Assembly: GCA_051971635.1 (NCBI GenBank)
Contig: JBFPLN010000004.1
Span: 1-64,000 of the forward strand
Length of the DNA: 64,000 nt
Reading direction: 5' to 3'
DNA from: Candidatus Atelocyanobacterium thalassae
GTDB taxonomy: Bacteria > Cyanobacteriota > Cyanobacteriia > Cyanobacteriales > Microcystaceae
Position numbers and translations under genes: made by a program. Below the pieces are notes generated by a model. It did not search any database. It was not told the DNA's origin and saw only the letters and a list, made by a program, of their open reading frames with translations. The number at the start of each line of letters is the position of its first letter. Positions within the stretch are counted from its first letter, which is position 1. This document shows positions 46,776-58,029 of the stretch, in pieces.

Positions 46776-47895
46776 GAGATATTCTCCTATTTGTTACTAA
46801 ATCAAGCAGTTCTTCAGTTGTTAGATTTCGTTTCATTTGAACAGATAAATGACGAACAGAATCTAATATTTTTTGGGACTCTTCGTAATCTAGATTAATA
46901 CCATGTTGGCCTAATAAGTTTATCAGCAAACTTCGCCCTGAATGTTTACCAACAACTAATCGGCGTTCCCAACCTATTTCTTCTGGAGCAAAAGGTTCAT
47001 ATGTCTGGGGATTTCTCAAAACTCCATGAACATGAATACCTGACTCATGAGCAAATACATTATCTCCAACAATCGCTTTCCAAGGTGGAAGTTTCATGCC
47101 AGAGGCTTGAATAACTAATTGAGATAATTCCCGTAAACGAAAAGTGTTTATTGGTAAATTAATTTTGTATAACTGTTTAAGAGCCATTACAATCTCTTCA
47201 AGGGCAGCATTTCCCGCTCGTTCTCCTAATCCGTTAACTGTAGTATTTACAGAAGTTGCCCCTGCTTCTAAGCCTGCCAAAGCATTAGCAGTAGCTAAGC
47301 CAAAGTCATTATGGGTGTGCATTTCAACAGGAATAACAAGATTTTTAACTAATTTTTTTACTTTTTGGGCAGTAGTTAAAGGATTAAGAATACCTACAGT
47401 ATCACAGAAACGAAATCGAGAAGCTCCTAGATCTTGAGCATATTGAGCAAATTCTATTAAGAATGATTCATCTGCACGCGAGGCATCTTCTGCACCAATG
47501 GAAACAAATAGTCCTTTGTCCAAAGCAAAATTAAGGCTACTCTTCAATTTTTCCCAAACAACTGTAGTTTTTCCTTTAAATTTTGCCTTAATTTGTATAT
47601 CAGATACAGGAACAGCTATATGAACTCTTTTTAAGCCACAAGCTATAGAAGCATTTATATCCGAAATTACTGCACGATTCCACCCGAGAAGAGCAGCTTT
47701 TAATCCACTATTAACAATTTCAGTAATAGCTTCAGCTTCACTACCTCCCATTGCAGGAATTCCAACTTCTAATTCAGGAATGCCAATAATATCCATAAAA
47801 GATGCAATCGCAACCTTTTCAGCAACATTAAAAACCACTCCTGCTGCTTGTTCACCATCTCTTAAAGTTGTATCATTGATGTAGATATTACTCAT
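46762..47895 (-). CDS. nifV: Homocitrate synthase (start reassigned to ATG 47895)
   Basis: INDTTLRDGEQ, HTHNDFGLATAN, GLGERAGNA, FAHESGIH, VGKHSG; 3' end overlaps nifZ. Confidence 0.96.
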   Translation of the reverse strand: MSNIYINDTTLRDGEQAAGVVFNVAEKVAIASFMDIIGIPELEVGIPAMGGSEAEAITEIVNSGLKAALLGWNRAVISDINASIACGLKRVHIAVPVSDIQIKAKFKGKTTVVWEKLKSSLNFALDKGLFVSIGAEDASRADESFLIEFAQYAQDLGASRFRFCDTVGILNPLTTAQKVKKLVKNLVIPVEMHTHNDFGLATANALAGLEAGATSVNTTVNGLGERAGNAALEEIVMALKQLYKINLPINTFRLRELSQLVIQASGMKLPPWKAIVGDNVFAHESGIHVHGVLRNPQTYEPFAPEEIGWERRLVVGKHSGRSLLINLLGQHGINLDYEESQKILDSVRHLSVQMKRNLTTEELLDLVTNRRISHGIV

Positions 47896-47940
47896 GCATT
47901 TAATATTCAAGATCTTTAGACGAATCGTTTATTAGGGTAA

Positions 47941-48171
47941 TTAAAGACAAACTTGAGCATCTAACCAATCCCAAATAAGTTGTAGCTGATTAGATGAAAT
48001 AAAACCGTATTGCCACAAAAGCATAGGGATTGGATCGTTCGGCTGACGCTGGTTATTAAAGACAACAGATAAATCTTTTGAAGAAATAGCAATTTCCTGT
48101 TGCAGGAATTGTCTAAATTTTGAAGACATTAATTGTTTTTGCATAACAATACTAAAAGTTAAGTTATTCAT
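47941..48171 (-). CDS. DUF2949-family small protein
   Basis: FLQQEIAIS, PMLLWQYGFIS..QL..IWDWL. Confidence 0.85.
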   Translation of the reverse strand: MNNLTFSIVMQKQLMSSKFRQFLQQEIAISSKDLSVVFNNQRQPNDPIPMLLWQYGFISSNQLQLIWDWLDAQVCL

Positions 48172-48429
48172 ATTTTTACAGCAACTAGAAAAGAAGCAAA
48201 GAGACTTAAGATTAAAATAATAAATCAGCTATTAAGAGTAAGATTTTTTCGATCAGTGAGCTTCTTCCGGCTATGAAAAATAATTAAATCCTAAAAACTA
48301 GGATATTATTATTTTTTCAAGTTGACTAGTTTTTAAGATAGCTAGATAAAAAAACAGTAATTATTAATTCCTACTATATTCGATTTGAAGAAAGCTTACT
48401 CAATATATAAACTATAAAGTAAAAATAGT

Positions 48430-48640
48430 GCTTTACGTTAATACCAATTTATAAGAAGACATTTTTATAAATATGAGGTACTTATAAGGGACTATCAGCT
48501 ATCAATAAAATAAACTTAGTGAATTGTGATAATGACCGTAACAGTAACCGCTAGCTGTTCGATGCAAATATTAAAATAACTAAACGAAAGCTTCAAATCT
48601 TAAAAGCTCTTGCTCAATTATAAAGGAAAAGCCATGATGT
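48430..48640 (-). pseudogene. Possible relic of nifP/cysE serine acetyltransferase
   Basis: Weak relics (GFSFIIEQEL vs DFRIIFERDP; LHRTA vs FHRLA) at the position nifP occupies in related clusters. Confidence 0.25.
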
Positions 48641-48986
48641 TTTTTGTATCTTATGTGTCTTTTTTCCTCATTTCTTAAATCCGAATTTAACGAAATTTTA
48701 ATGATTTAAATTTTCAAACTAACGCTTAAATCGATAAAAATAGCTCAGACTGCAAATTTTATACAAAAAGTATTTTCATAGAAATTTGTTTCAAGTATCT
48801 TAATTACTGCCTTTGTGTTAACTCAGCTGATGAGAAAAGATAATAAGTCAACTTTATTTGAATACGTATTGACACTTACAAAGCTTTATAAATAACTAGT
48901 TTTATATTGTTAAATCAAAAAATATTCAATAAGTTAATATTTTTATAGCTATATTTTCAAATAATTAGATTTCATAAATTGAATTT

Positions 48987-49179
48987 TGAGTAGAAAATTA
49001 TAAAATTTATTTACAAAGGCAATATTGAGTACTGCAAGAGTTAAGTGATGAGTATAAAAATACATGAATCTATGAGCAAAAATACTCAAGCTATCTTTAA
49101 AAAATACATGAACCTCATTCTTTACAAAAAAAAAGAGCTTTTCAAATCCTTGTATAGCAAGAGCTTGAAAAAATGAGTG
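48987..49179 (+). promoter_or_regulatory. TGAGTA motif array upstream of nifB (putative CnfR/PatB-responsive region)
   Basis: TGAGTA at 48987, 49026 and 49049; TGAGCA at 49073; inverted TACTCA at 49083; TGAGTG at 49174. Confidence 0.7.
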
Positions 49180-49390
49180 CATCTTAAGTAACATAATGAA
49201 TTTGGATTTCCGCAAGGTGACATGGCACGTAATTAGCGAATGATATAAATGTTTATAACGCCAAAAACATAAAGTTCGTAATCTAACTGTTGTTAACTAT
49301 TTAGTTCGTAAAAGTTTTAGATAGTTTTTCCTCGAAAACTTCTTTTACTATCTCCTACTTCCTTGTCACCCTTTAACTCCACGGAATTAA

Positions 49391-50854
49391 ATGCTACAAA
49401 CTACTGGTTTGACTAATAATAACGCACCTATAGCCAACAAAACGAATTCTACAGAAACGTTATCAGCTCCTAAAGCCAAGGGTGCCTGCCCTTCAACGGG
49501 AGATAAGCCACAACTAGATCCCAGCATCCAAGAACGTATCGCTAAACATCCGTGCTACAGCGAGGATGCTCATCACCATTATGCGAGGATGCATGTTGCT
49601 GTTGCTCCCGCCTGCAACATTCAATGTAATTATTGCAATCGTAAATATGATTGTGCTAACGAAAGCCGTCCTGGTGTCGTTAGTGAAGTTCTTACTCCAG
49701 AGGAAGCAGCTCATAAAGCTTTAGTCATTGGAGGTAAGATACCCCAGATGACAGTATTAGGAATCGCTGGACCTGGAGATCCATTAGCTAACCCTAAGCA
49801 AACGTTTCGTACTTTTGAGCTAGTTGCAGATAAGGCGCCAGATATCAAGCTTTGCTTATCTAGTAATGGTTTAATGCTCCCCGAATATATAGATCGGATT
49901 AAGGAGCTAAATATTGATCATGTCACATTAACGATAAACATGGTTGATCCCGAAATTGGAGCCAAAATTTATCCTTGGGTTCGCTATAATCGTAAGCGCT
50001 ACAAGGGAATAGAGGGTGTCAAAATACTTCATGAGAAGCAAATGGAATCTCTTGATGCACTTAGAGAAGCAGATATTCTCTGTAAGGTTAATTCAGTAAT
50101 GATACCAGGCATCAACGATGAACATCTTGTAGAAGTAAACAAGGTTATACAGTCGAAAGGGGCATTTCTTCATAACATAATGCCTTTAATCTCAGCTCCT
50201 GAGCATGGTACTCATTTTGGTTTAACCGGCCAGAGAGGCCCTACTCCGAAAGAGTTGAAAACCCTTCAAGATAAGTGCTCAGGCAATATGAAAATGATGC
50301 GCCATTGTCGTCAATGCCGTGCTGATGCTGTGGGATTACTTGGAGAAGATCGGTCTCAAGAATTTACTAAAGATAAGTTTCTAGAAATGAAGCCTGAGTA
50401 CGATCTAAAGCAAAGGCAAGATGTTCATGAAAATATTGAGAAATTCACAGCCGAAGTGAATATAGCAAAAGCGGAGCAAAATACCCAAGACAAAGCAGAC
50501 ACACCTACGATTTTAGTAGCGGTGGCGACAAAAGGTAACCGTTTAGTTAATCAGCACTTTGGTCATGCTACAGAATTTCAAATCTTTGAGGTGAATGGTA
50601 CTGATGTAAAATTTGTTGCTCATCGTAAGGTTGATCACTACTGTCAATCTGGCTACGGTGAAGAAACAAGTTTGGATAGCATAATTAAGTCCATTTCTGA
50701 CTGTAAAGGAGTTCTGGCTTCTAAGATTGGTCTTTGCCCTCAAGAAGCGCTTCGCAAAGCTGGATTAGAGCCTTATGAAGCATATGACATTATCGACAAT
50801 GTCGCTATTAGTTTTTACAAAGAGTATATGCAAAAGCAAACTATAGGAGCTTAA
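49391..50854 (+). CDS. nifB: FeMo-cofactor biosynthesis radical SAM protein
   Basis: [34 protein letters not shown]-terminal NifX-like domain. Confidence 0.99.
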   Translation: MLQTTGLTNNNAPIANKTNSTETLSAPKAKGACPSTGDKPQLDPSIQERIAKHPCYSEDAHHHYARMHVAVAPACNIQCNYCNRKYDCANESRPGVVSEVLTPEEAAHKALVIGGKIPQMTVLGIAGPGDPLANPKQTFRTFELVADKAPDIKLCLSSNGLMLPEYIDRIKELNIDHVTLTINMVDPEIGAKIYPWVRYNRKRYKGIEGVKILHEKQMESLDALREADILCKVNSVMIPGINDEHLVEVNKVIQSKGAFLHNIMPLISAPEHGTHFGLTGQRGPTPKELKTLQDKCSGNMKMMRHCRQCRADAVGLLGEDRSQEFTKDKFLEMKPEYDLKQRQDVHENIEKFTAEVNIAKAEQNTQDKADTPTILVAVATKGNRLVNQHFGHATEFQIFEVNGTDVKFVAHRKVDHYCQSGYGEETSLDSIIKSISDCKGVLASKIGLCPQEALRKAGLEPYEAYDIIDNVAISFYKEYMQKQTIGA

Positions 50855-50857
50855 AAC

Positions 50858-51200
50858 ATGAGCAGCGTCTTAGATTATTGCCTTAAGTTGAGTTACTTAA
50901 TATCTGCTAAGTCCTCTTCTGATACGTCATCGACTCAAATAGATAGCAATTGTAGGAATTGTATTAATAATTATTCTATTCCACCATGCACTGGCTTCTC
51001 TAAGGACTACAACTGCTCTTCTCCTGCTTTAAATACTTAATACTAAACGATGGCTTTAAATTATGTTCGTAAGTACACTTATCACCGATACAGCGTAGTA
51101 ACAGCAGCCTTCTTCAGGTAGAAAAACACCATCTATCTAGTAAGCGACTTACTTTTCAGCAATTTCTGGAATAATTGCAAAATCTCTCGAAAGTCTAGCA
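50858..51200 (+). pseudogene. fdxN: Degenerate fdxN 4Fe-4S ferredoxin
   Basis: Residual 60-aa ORF keeps QIDSNCRNCINNYSIPPC but has lost the first CxxCxxCxxxCP motif; lies between nifB and nifS. Confidence 0.75.
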
Positions 51201-51328
51201 AAATTAAATCCTTTTATTGTTAGATTTTTTGAGGGGTGATTGGTACAAGCGCTTTGGACATACACAGTAAAATTTTGTGTAATAGCATCAATAAATTTTG
51301 ATTTTGTTGGATATATGGTAAGCAAATA

Positions 51329-52531
51329 ATGAAAGACTGTATATATTTAGATAATAATGCAACCACTCAAATAGACAGTGAAGTACTCTCAGAGATGATG
51401 CCTTACTTAAATTTTTATTATGGTAATCCATCTAGCATGCATTCCTTTGGAGGCCAAGTTGGAAAAGCTGTTCGTACAGGAAGAGAGCAAGTAGCTTCCT
51501 TATTAGGTGCTGAACCATCTGAAATTATTTTTACAAGTTGCGGTACTGAAGGAGATAATGCAGCTATTAATGCTGCATTATCATCTCAGAAAAATAAGCG
51601 TCACATTATCACAACTGAAGTAGAGCATCCAGCGATACTGAGTCATTGCAAGCAACTCGAAAGACAAGGTTATCAAGTAACATATTTATCTGTAAATCAG
51701 CAAGGTCAACTTGATCTGGATGAACTTCAAGCCTCTCTGACTGGAAATACAGCATTAGTATCTATCATGTATGCTAATAATGAAACTGGTGTTATTTTTC
51801 CCATTGAGGAAATAGGCCAAATAGTCAAAGAGTATGGCGCTTTATTTCATGTAGATGCGGTACAGGCTGTAGGTAAAATACCTTTAAATATGAAAACAAG
51901 TACCATTGATATGTTAACCCTATCTGGTCATAAAATTCATGCTCCGAAAGGGATAGGCGCCTTATATGTTCGTAAAGGTGTCCGTTTCCGCCCTCTCATA
52001 ATTGGTGGACATCAAGAAAGAGGACGCCGAGGTGGAACGGAAAACGTATCTGGAATAGCTGCCTTAGGTAAAGCAGCAGAATTAGCACAATCAAACCTCT
52101 CCAGTACATATAAGGAGAGAGAGTTAAGAGATCATTTAGAAAATGCTATTTTAAACTTAATTCCTGATACTGTTGTTAATGGTGACAGAACCAAAAGATT
52201 GCCAAACACAACAAATATAGGCTTTAAATATATAGAAGGAGAAGCGATTCTTTTATCTATAAACAAATATGGAATTTGTGCCTCCTCCGGATCAGCATGT
52301 ACTTCAGGTTCATTGGAGCCTTCCCATGTATTGAGAGCTATGAAAGTACCTTACAGCGTTCTTCATGGTTCTATTCGCTTCAGTCTTTCACGATATACAA
52401 CTAAGAGTGAAATTGACCGAGTAATAGAAATTTTACCAGATACAATAGGTCGTCTTCGAGCTATATCGCCTTTTAGTAGCGACAACTCTACTTGGCTACA
52501 AGAAATGGAGAAAGAGGCTTTAGCCAGATAA
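51329..52531 (+). CDS. nifS: Cysteine desulfurase
   Basis: YLDNNATT, HVDAVQ, SGHKIHAPKG, SSGSACTS. Confidence 0.98.
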   Translation: MKDCIYLDNNATTQIDSEVLSEMMPYLNFYYGNPSSMHSFGGQVGKAVRTGREQVASLLGAEPSEIIFTSCGTEGDNAAINAALSSQKNKRHIITTEVEHPAILSHCKQLERQGYQVTYLSVNQQGQLDLDELQASLTGNTALVSIMYANNETGVIFPIEEIGQIVKEYGALFHVDAVQAVGKIPLNMKTSTIDMLTLSGHKIHAPKGIGALYVRKGVRFRPLIIGGHQERGRRGGTENVSGIAALGKAAELAQSNLSSTYKERELRDHLENAILNLIPDTVVNGDRTKRLPNTTNIGFKYIEGEAILLSINKYGICASSGSACTSGSLEPSHVLRAMKVPYSVLHGSIRFSLSRYTTKSEIDRVIEILPDTIGRLRAISPFSSDNSTWLQEMEKEALAR

Positions 52532-52613
52532 TCAATAATTAAAGCATTGAAGGAAGCATCTTTTTTCCTTAAAGATAACTAACAACCAATATTCATATAT
52601 ATAGTAATCAATT

Positions 52614-53498
52614 ATGTGGGAATATACAGACAAAGTAATGGACTTTTTTCATAACCCCAGAAATCAAGGGGTAATCGATGAAAAAGAAGGTGGGCAGGCT
52701 ATTACAACTGGAGAAGTAGGGAGTATTGCCTGCGGAGATGCGCTAAAGTTGCACCTTAAAATCGATGAAAAAAGTCAAACTATTCTTGAAGCTCGTTTTC
52801 AAACCTTTGGGTGTGCTTCTGCTATAGCCTCTTCTTCTGCACTAACAGAACTATTGGTTGGTAAAACTTTGGATGAAGCTCTTAGTCTTACAAATAAAGA
52901 AATAGCAGATTATCTAGGTGGACTACCAGAAGAAAAAATGCATTGTTCTGTAATGGGACAAGAGGCTTTAGAAGCTGCAATTTTTAACTACAGAGGAATT
53001 CCTTTAGATACTCATGAAGATGATGAAGGAGCATTGATCTGCCGTTGTTTTGGAGTAACGAATACAAGAATTCGCCGTATTATTCTCGAAAACAGTCTAA
53101 CTACAGCTGAACAAGTGACCAATTATGTCAAAGCTGGTGGTGGATGTGGCTCTTGCTTAACTGATATCGACGATATTATTGCTGACGTTACAGAAGAAAA
53201 ATTGGTTTCAGTAGAAGATATACCGTCAGAAACTAATATGCCTGAATTGGAAGTAAAAACACTAACCAATTTACAAAAAATCACACTTATCCAAAAAGTC
53301 TTAGAAGAAGAAATCAAGCCTACTCTGGCTAAGGATGGAGGAGATGTAGAACTGTTTGATATAGAAGGTAACTTAATTAAAGTTTCTTTAAAAGGAGCTT
53401 GCAGTTCCTGCAGTAGTAGTACATTTACCCTGAAAACTGCTATCGAAGGCAAGTTACGAGAGAGAGTCTCCAAAGATTTAGCTGTCATTGCTGTATAA
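52614..53498 (+). CDS. nifU: Fe-S scaffold protein
   Basis: IscU domain (CGDAL, FGCASA, KMHCS), BFD-like CRC...CGSC, Nfu domain (DGGDVEL, GACSSC). Confidence 0.98.
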   Translation: MWEYTDKVMDFFHNPRNQGVIDEKEGGQAITTGEVGSIACGDALKLHLKIDEKSQTILEARFQTFGCASAIASSSALTELLVGKTLDEALSLTNKEIADYLGGLPEEKMHCSVMGQEALEAAIFNYRGIPLDTHEDDEGALICRCFGVTNTRIRRIILENSLTTAEQVTNYVKAGGGCGSCLTDIDDIIADVTEEKLVSVEDIPSETNMPELEVKTLTNLQKITLIQKVLEEEIKPTLAKDGGDVELFDIEGNLIKVSLKGACSSCSSSTFTLKTAIEGKLRERVSKDLAVIAV

Positions 53499-53566
53499 AG
53501 ACTAGACACAACAGATACATAATCAACTTAACACGAGGCAAAGAACATGATTAATCAAAAGAAAGG

Positions 53567-53601
53567 TGAGGAGCGATCTCCACCATGAGCATTGCTCCTC
53601 A
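53567..53601 (+). promoter_or_regulatory. Stem-loop in the nifU-nifH intergenic region
   Basis: TGAGGAGCGAT and ATTGCTCCTCA (one G-U pair). Confidence 0.65.
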
Positions 53602-53704
53602 TATTGAAAGATATACTTCTAAGCAATAAATAGCTGTGTAATTCAGTTTGTATTTATCGCATATAGACTAATTATTCTTTCATTCTTTATATACTCACCT
53701 CTAA

Positions 53705-54589
<885 letters not shown>

Positions 54590-54624
54590 ATAGATCTAGT
54601 CAGATAGATCTGAGAATATTCCAG

Positions 54625-54702
54625 GGTAAAAGTAAATAGGAAATGGTAACTAGTTGTATTGCTGATTAATTATTAGCTTAGACTTAGACCAATTCTTTTA
54701 CC
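54625..54702 (+). promoter_or_regulatory. Imperfect stem-loop in the nifH-nifD intergenic region
   Basis: GGTAAAAG...CTTTTACC closing stem with an internal GCTGAT..ATTAGC hairpin. Confidence 0.55.
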
Positions 54703-54754
54703 TTAAAATTTCCTTACTAAATTGTCCTTTGTCTAAAACCTTAAGAGGATCATT

Positions 54755-56197
54755 ATGGCAACAGTCGAAGAAAATAAGAAGCTCATTGCTGACGTTTTGG
54801 CAACTTACCCTGCAAAAGCTGCTAAGAAACGTAATAAACACCTTGGTGTTTATGAAGAAGGAGCTGATGATTGTGGTGTTAAATCCAATAAAGTATCCCT
54901 ACCAGGTGTTATGACCGCTCGTGGTTGTGCTTACGCTGGATCCAAAGGGGTAGTTTGGGGTCCTATCAAAGATATGATTCATATCTCCCATGGACCTGTT
55001 GGTTGTGGTTACTACTCCTGGTCTGGTCGTCGTAACTATTACATCGGAGTAACCGGAGTAGATAGTTTCGGTACCATGAACTTCACATCTGACTTCCAAG
55101 AACGTGATGTTGTTTTCGGTGGAGACACAAAGCTAAGTCAACTTATTGATGAAGTTGAAATATTATTTCCTCTTAACGGTGGTATCTCAGTTCAATCAGA
55201 ATGTCCTATCGGTTTAATTGGAGATGATATTGAAGCAGTATCTCGTGCCAAAACCAAAGAACTCGGCAAACAAGTTATTCCTGTTCGTTGCGAAGGATTC
55301 CGCGGAGTTTCTCAATCTTTAGGACATCACATCGCTAATGATGTGATCCGTGATTGGGTTTTCCCAGTTGCTGATAAAGAAATCGCTGAAAAAGGTTTTG
55401 AAGGCACTCCTTATGACGTTGCTATCATTGGTGACTATAACATTGGTGGAGACGCTTGGTCTAGCCGTATTCTTTTAGAAGAAATGGGACTACGTGTTAT
55501 TGCTCAGTGGTCTGGTGATGGTACCTTCACTGAAATGAAAGCAACACCTAGTGTTAAATTAAACCTAGTCCACTGCTATCGTTCTATGAACTATATCAGT
55601 CGTCACATGGAAGAAAAATATGGTATTCCTTGGTTAGAATACAATTTCTTCGGACCTAGCAAAATCATCGAATCTTTAAGAGCAATTGCTGAGCGTTTTG
55701 ATGACACAATTCAACAAAAAGCTGAAGCAGTAATAGCTAAATATAAAGAGCAAGCTGATGGCATTATAGCTAAATATCGCCCTCGTTTAGAAGGCAAAAC
55801 TGTCATGATGATGGTTGGTGGACTACGTCCTCGTCACGTTGTTCCTGCTTTTAAAGACTTGGGAATGGAAATCATCGGAACTGGATATGAGTTTGCTCAT
55901 GGTGATGACTACAAGCGTACTACTCACTATGTTAAAGACGCTACTCTTATCTATGATGACGTTACTGGTTATGAGTTCGAAGAATTTGTCAAAGAACTTA
56001 AGCCTGATTTAGTAGCTGCAGGAATCAAAGAGAAGTATGTCTTCCAAAAGATGGCTCTTCCTTTCCGCCAAATGCACTCTTGGGATTATTCAGGTCCTTA
56101 CCACGGTTATGATGGCTTTGCTATCTTTGCACGTGATATGGATTTAGCCCTTAACAATCCTACCTGGGGACTAGTCGGAACCCCTTGGAATAAATAA
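54755..56197 (+). CDS. nifD: Nitrogenase MoFe protein alpha chain (uninterrupted)
   Basis: [43 protein letters not shown]. Confidence 0.99.
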   Translation: MATVEENKKLIADVLATYPAKAAKKRNKHLGVYEEGADDCGVKSNKVSLPGVMTARGCAYAGSKGVVWGPIKDMIHISHGPVGCGYYSWSGRRNYYIGVTGVDSFGTMNFTSDFQERDVVFGGDTKLSQLIDEVEILFPLNGGISVQSECPIGLIGDDIEAVSRAKTKELGKQVIPVRCEGFRGVSQSLGHHIANDVIRDWVFPVADKEIAEKGFEGTPYDVAIIGDYNIGGDAWSSRILLEEMGLRVIAQWSGDGTFTEMKATPSVKLNLVHCYRSMNYISRHMEEKYGIPWLEYNFFGPSKIIESLRAIAERFDDTIQQKAEAVIAKYKEQADGIIAKYRPRLEGKTVMMMVGGLRPRHVVPAFKDLGMEIIGTGYEFAHGDDYKRTTHYVKDATLIYDDVTGYEFEEFVKELKPDLVAAGIKEKYVFQKMALPFRQMHSWDYSGPYHGYDGFAIFARDMDLALNNPTWGLVGTPWNK

Positions 56198-56306
56198 AAA
56201 AGGCTGATTGTGAAGGATGAGGAGATTTTTATCCCCTCTCCCTTCCCCTACTTTCTTTTCTAAGGATTCTTTGTCCGAGACACACATCCACACGGAGTTA
56301 CTAAAG

Positions 56307-57839
56307 ATGGCCCAAAACGTAAATAAAATTAAAGACCACGTCGAACTATTTCATCAGCCTGAGTACAAAGAACTGTTTGCTAACAAAAAACAGTTTGAAG
56401 GAATGCCTACTGCTGAAAAAGTTAAAGAAGTTGCTGAATGGACTAAAAGCTGGGAATATCGTGAGAAAAACTTCGCACGTGAAGCCCTTACTGTTAACCC
56501 TGCTAAAGGTTGCCAACCTTTAGGAGCTCTACTTGCTGCAGTTGGATTTGAAGGAACTCTACCTTTTGTTCACGGTTCTCAAGGTTGTGTTTCCTACTTC
56601 CGTACTCACTTAACTCGTCACTTTAAAGAGCCTGTTAGTGCTGTATCTTCTTCCATGACTGAAAACGCTGCTGTTTTCGGTGGATTAAGTAACATGGTTG
56701 ATGGTTTACAAAATGCTTATGCTCTTTATAAGCCTAAAATGATTGCTGTTTGTACTACTTGTATGGCAGAAGTAATCGGAGATGATTTAGGTTCTTTCAT
56801 TGGAAATGCTCGTGTTGACGGTGTAATTCCTCAAGATTTACCTATTCCTTTTGCTCACACTCCTAGTTTTGTTGGATCACATGTGAACGGATACGATCAC
56901 ATGATGAAGTCTATCCTATCTACCTTGACTGAAGGTAAAAAAGGTAACAAAAACGGTAAAATTAACTTTATGCCTGGATTCGAAACCTACATGGGGAATC
57001 TTCGCGAACTTAAAAAGTTAATTGCTGCTTTAGGTGTAAATGGAACTATCTTAAGTGATACCGAAATGTACCTAGACTCTCCAAACTTAGGAGAATTTTC
57101 TATGTACCATGAAGGAACATCTTTAGAAGATACTGCTGATTGTATTAATGCAGATGCTACTATTGCTCTTCAAGCTTATACAACTCCTAAAACTCTTGCT
57201 TACATTTCTAAAAAATGGGAGCAAAAAACCTGTGTTCATCGTCCTTGGGGTATAAAAGCAACTGATGAATTCTTAATGAGTTTATCTCAGTTAACTGGAA
57301 ATCCTATTCCTAAAGAACTTGAAATTGAACGTGGACGTGCTGTAGATGCTATGACTGATACTCAAGCATGGCTTCATGGCAAAACTGCTGCAATCTTCGG
57401 TGACCCTGATACAGTCATGGGATTATTACAATTTATGTTAGAAATGGGTATTGAACCTGTTCACATCCTAGTACATAACAGTAATGATCAATTCGAAGAA
57501 GAAGCAAGAGAACTTTTAGATTCTAGTCCTTATGGGCAACAAGCAACAGTTTGGGGTTATAAAGATTTATGGCATTTACGTTCTTTATTATTCACCGAAC
57601 CTGTTGACTTCATGATTGGTAACTCCTACGGTAAATATTTAGAAAGAGATACTGAAACTCCTCTAATCCGTATAGGTTATCCTATCTTTGATCGTCATCA
57701 TTTACATCGTTATTCAACCATTGGATACGGAGGTGCTATTAACCTTCTTAACTGGATTGCTAACGGAGTTCTTGATGCTCTAGATCGTAGAACAGATATC
57801 GCTGGAGAAACAGACATCTCCTTCGACTTAGTTCGTTAA
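56307..57839 (+). CDS. nifK: Nitrogenase MoFe protein beta chain (start reassigned to ATG 56307)
   Basis: MAQN..KIKDH, NPAKGCQPLG, HGSQGC, TTCMAEVIGDD, FDLVR; GGAG upstream of 56307. Confidence 0.98.
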   Translation: MAQNVNKIKDHVELFHQPEYKELFANKKQFEGMPTAEKVKEVAEWTKSWEYREKNFAREALTVNPAKGCQPLGALLAAVGFEGTLPFVHGSQGCVSYFRTHLTRHFKEPVSAVSSSMTENAAVFGGLSNMVDGLQNAYALYKPKMIAVCTTCMAEVIGDDLGSFIGNARVDGVIPQDLPIPFAHTPSFVGSHVNGYDHMMKSILSTLTEGKKGNKNGKINFMPGFETYMGNLRELKKLIAALGVNGTILSDTEMYLDSPNLGEFSMYHEGTSLEDTADCINADATIALQAYTTPKTLAYISKKWEQKTCVHRPWGIKATDEFLMSLSQLTGNPIPKELEIERGRAVDAMTDTQAWLHGKTAAIFGDPDTVMGLLQFMLEMGIEPVHILVHNSNDQFEEEARELLDSSPYGQQATVWGYKDLWHLRSLLFTEPVDFMIGNSYGKYLERDTETPLIRIGYPIFDRHHLHRYSTIGYGGAINLLNWIANGVLDALDRRTDIAGETDISFDLVR

Positions 57840-57845
57840 TATTTA

Positions 57846-57926
57846 AGGAAGTTTAGATATGAGGGAGACTAGGAGAAATTCAGGGAGACGTTAATGCGTT
57901 TTCCCTCTCCCCTCTCTCCTCTTCCT
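57846..57926 (+). terminator. Purine/pyrimidine-armed stem-loop after nifK
   Basis: GGGAGACG-loop-CGTTTTCCC core, flanked by a GA-rich 5' arm and a CT-rich 3' arm. Confidence 0.6.
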
Positions 57927-58029
57927 AATATAATTTTTTATATAAATTTATCGAGCTGTAAAACTGTTGTAATAAGCTGTATTATTAACTTTTTACATAA
58001 ATCGGATGATGCTCTTCCAACAAATCTCA

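Noticed and set aside
46067..46898. Short alternative ORFs (46067..46252, 46409..46615, 46569..46898)
   Set aside because: They overlap or are antisense to nifT, nifZ and nifV, or run through the palindrome; no motifs
48987..49179. TGAGTA repeats as a degenerate CRISPR array
   Set aside because: Repeats are only 6 bp with irregular spacing and no cas genes nearby; a regulatory explanation fits better
48949..49215. 88-aa minus-strand ORF upstream of nifB
   Set aside because: Low-complexity F/K-rich peptide with a non-ATG start; overlaps the TGAGTA regulatory array; no family motif
56217..56306. 30-aa N-terminal extension of NifK as a targeting peptide
   Set aside because: It translates the nifD-nifK stem-loop; the canonical MAQN start with GGAG is at 56307
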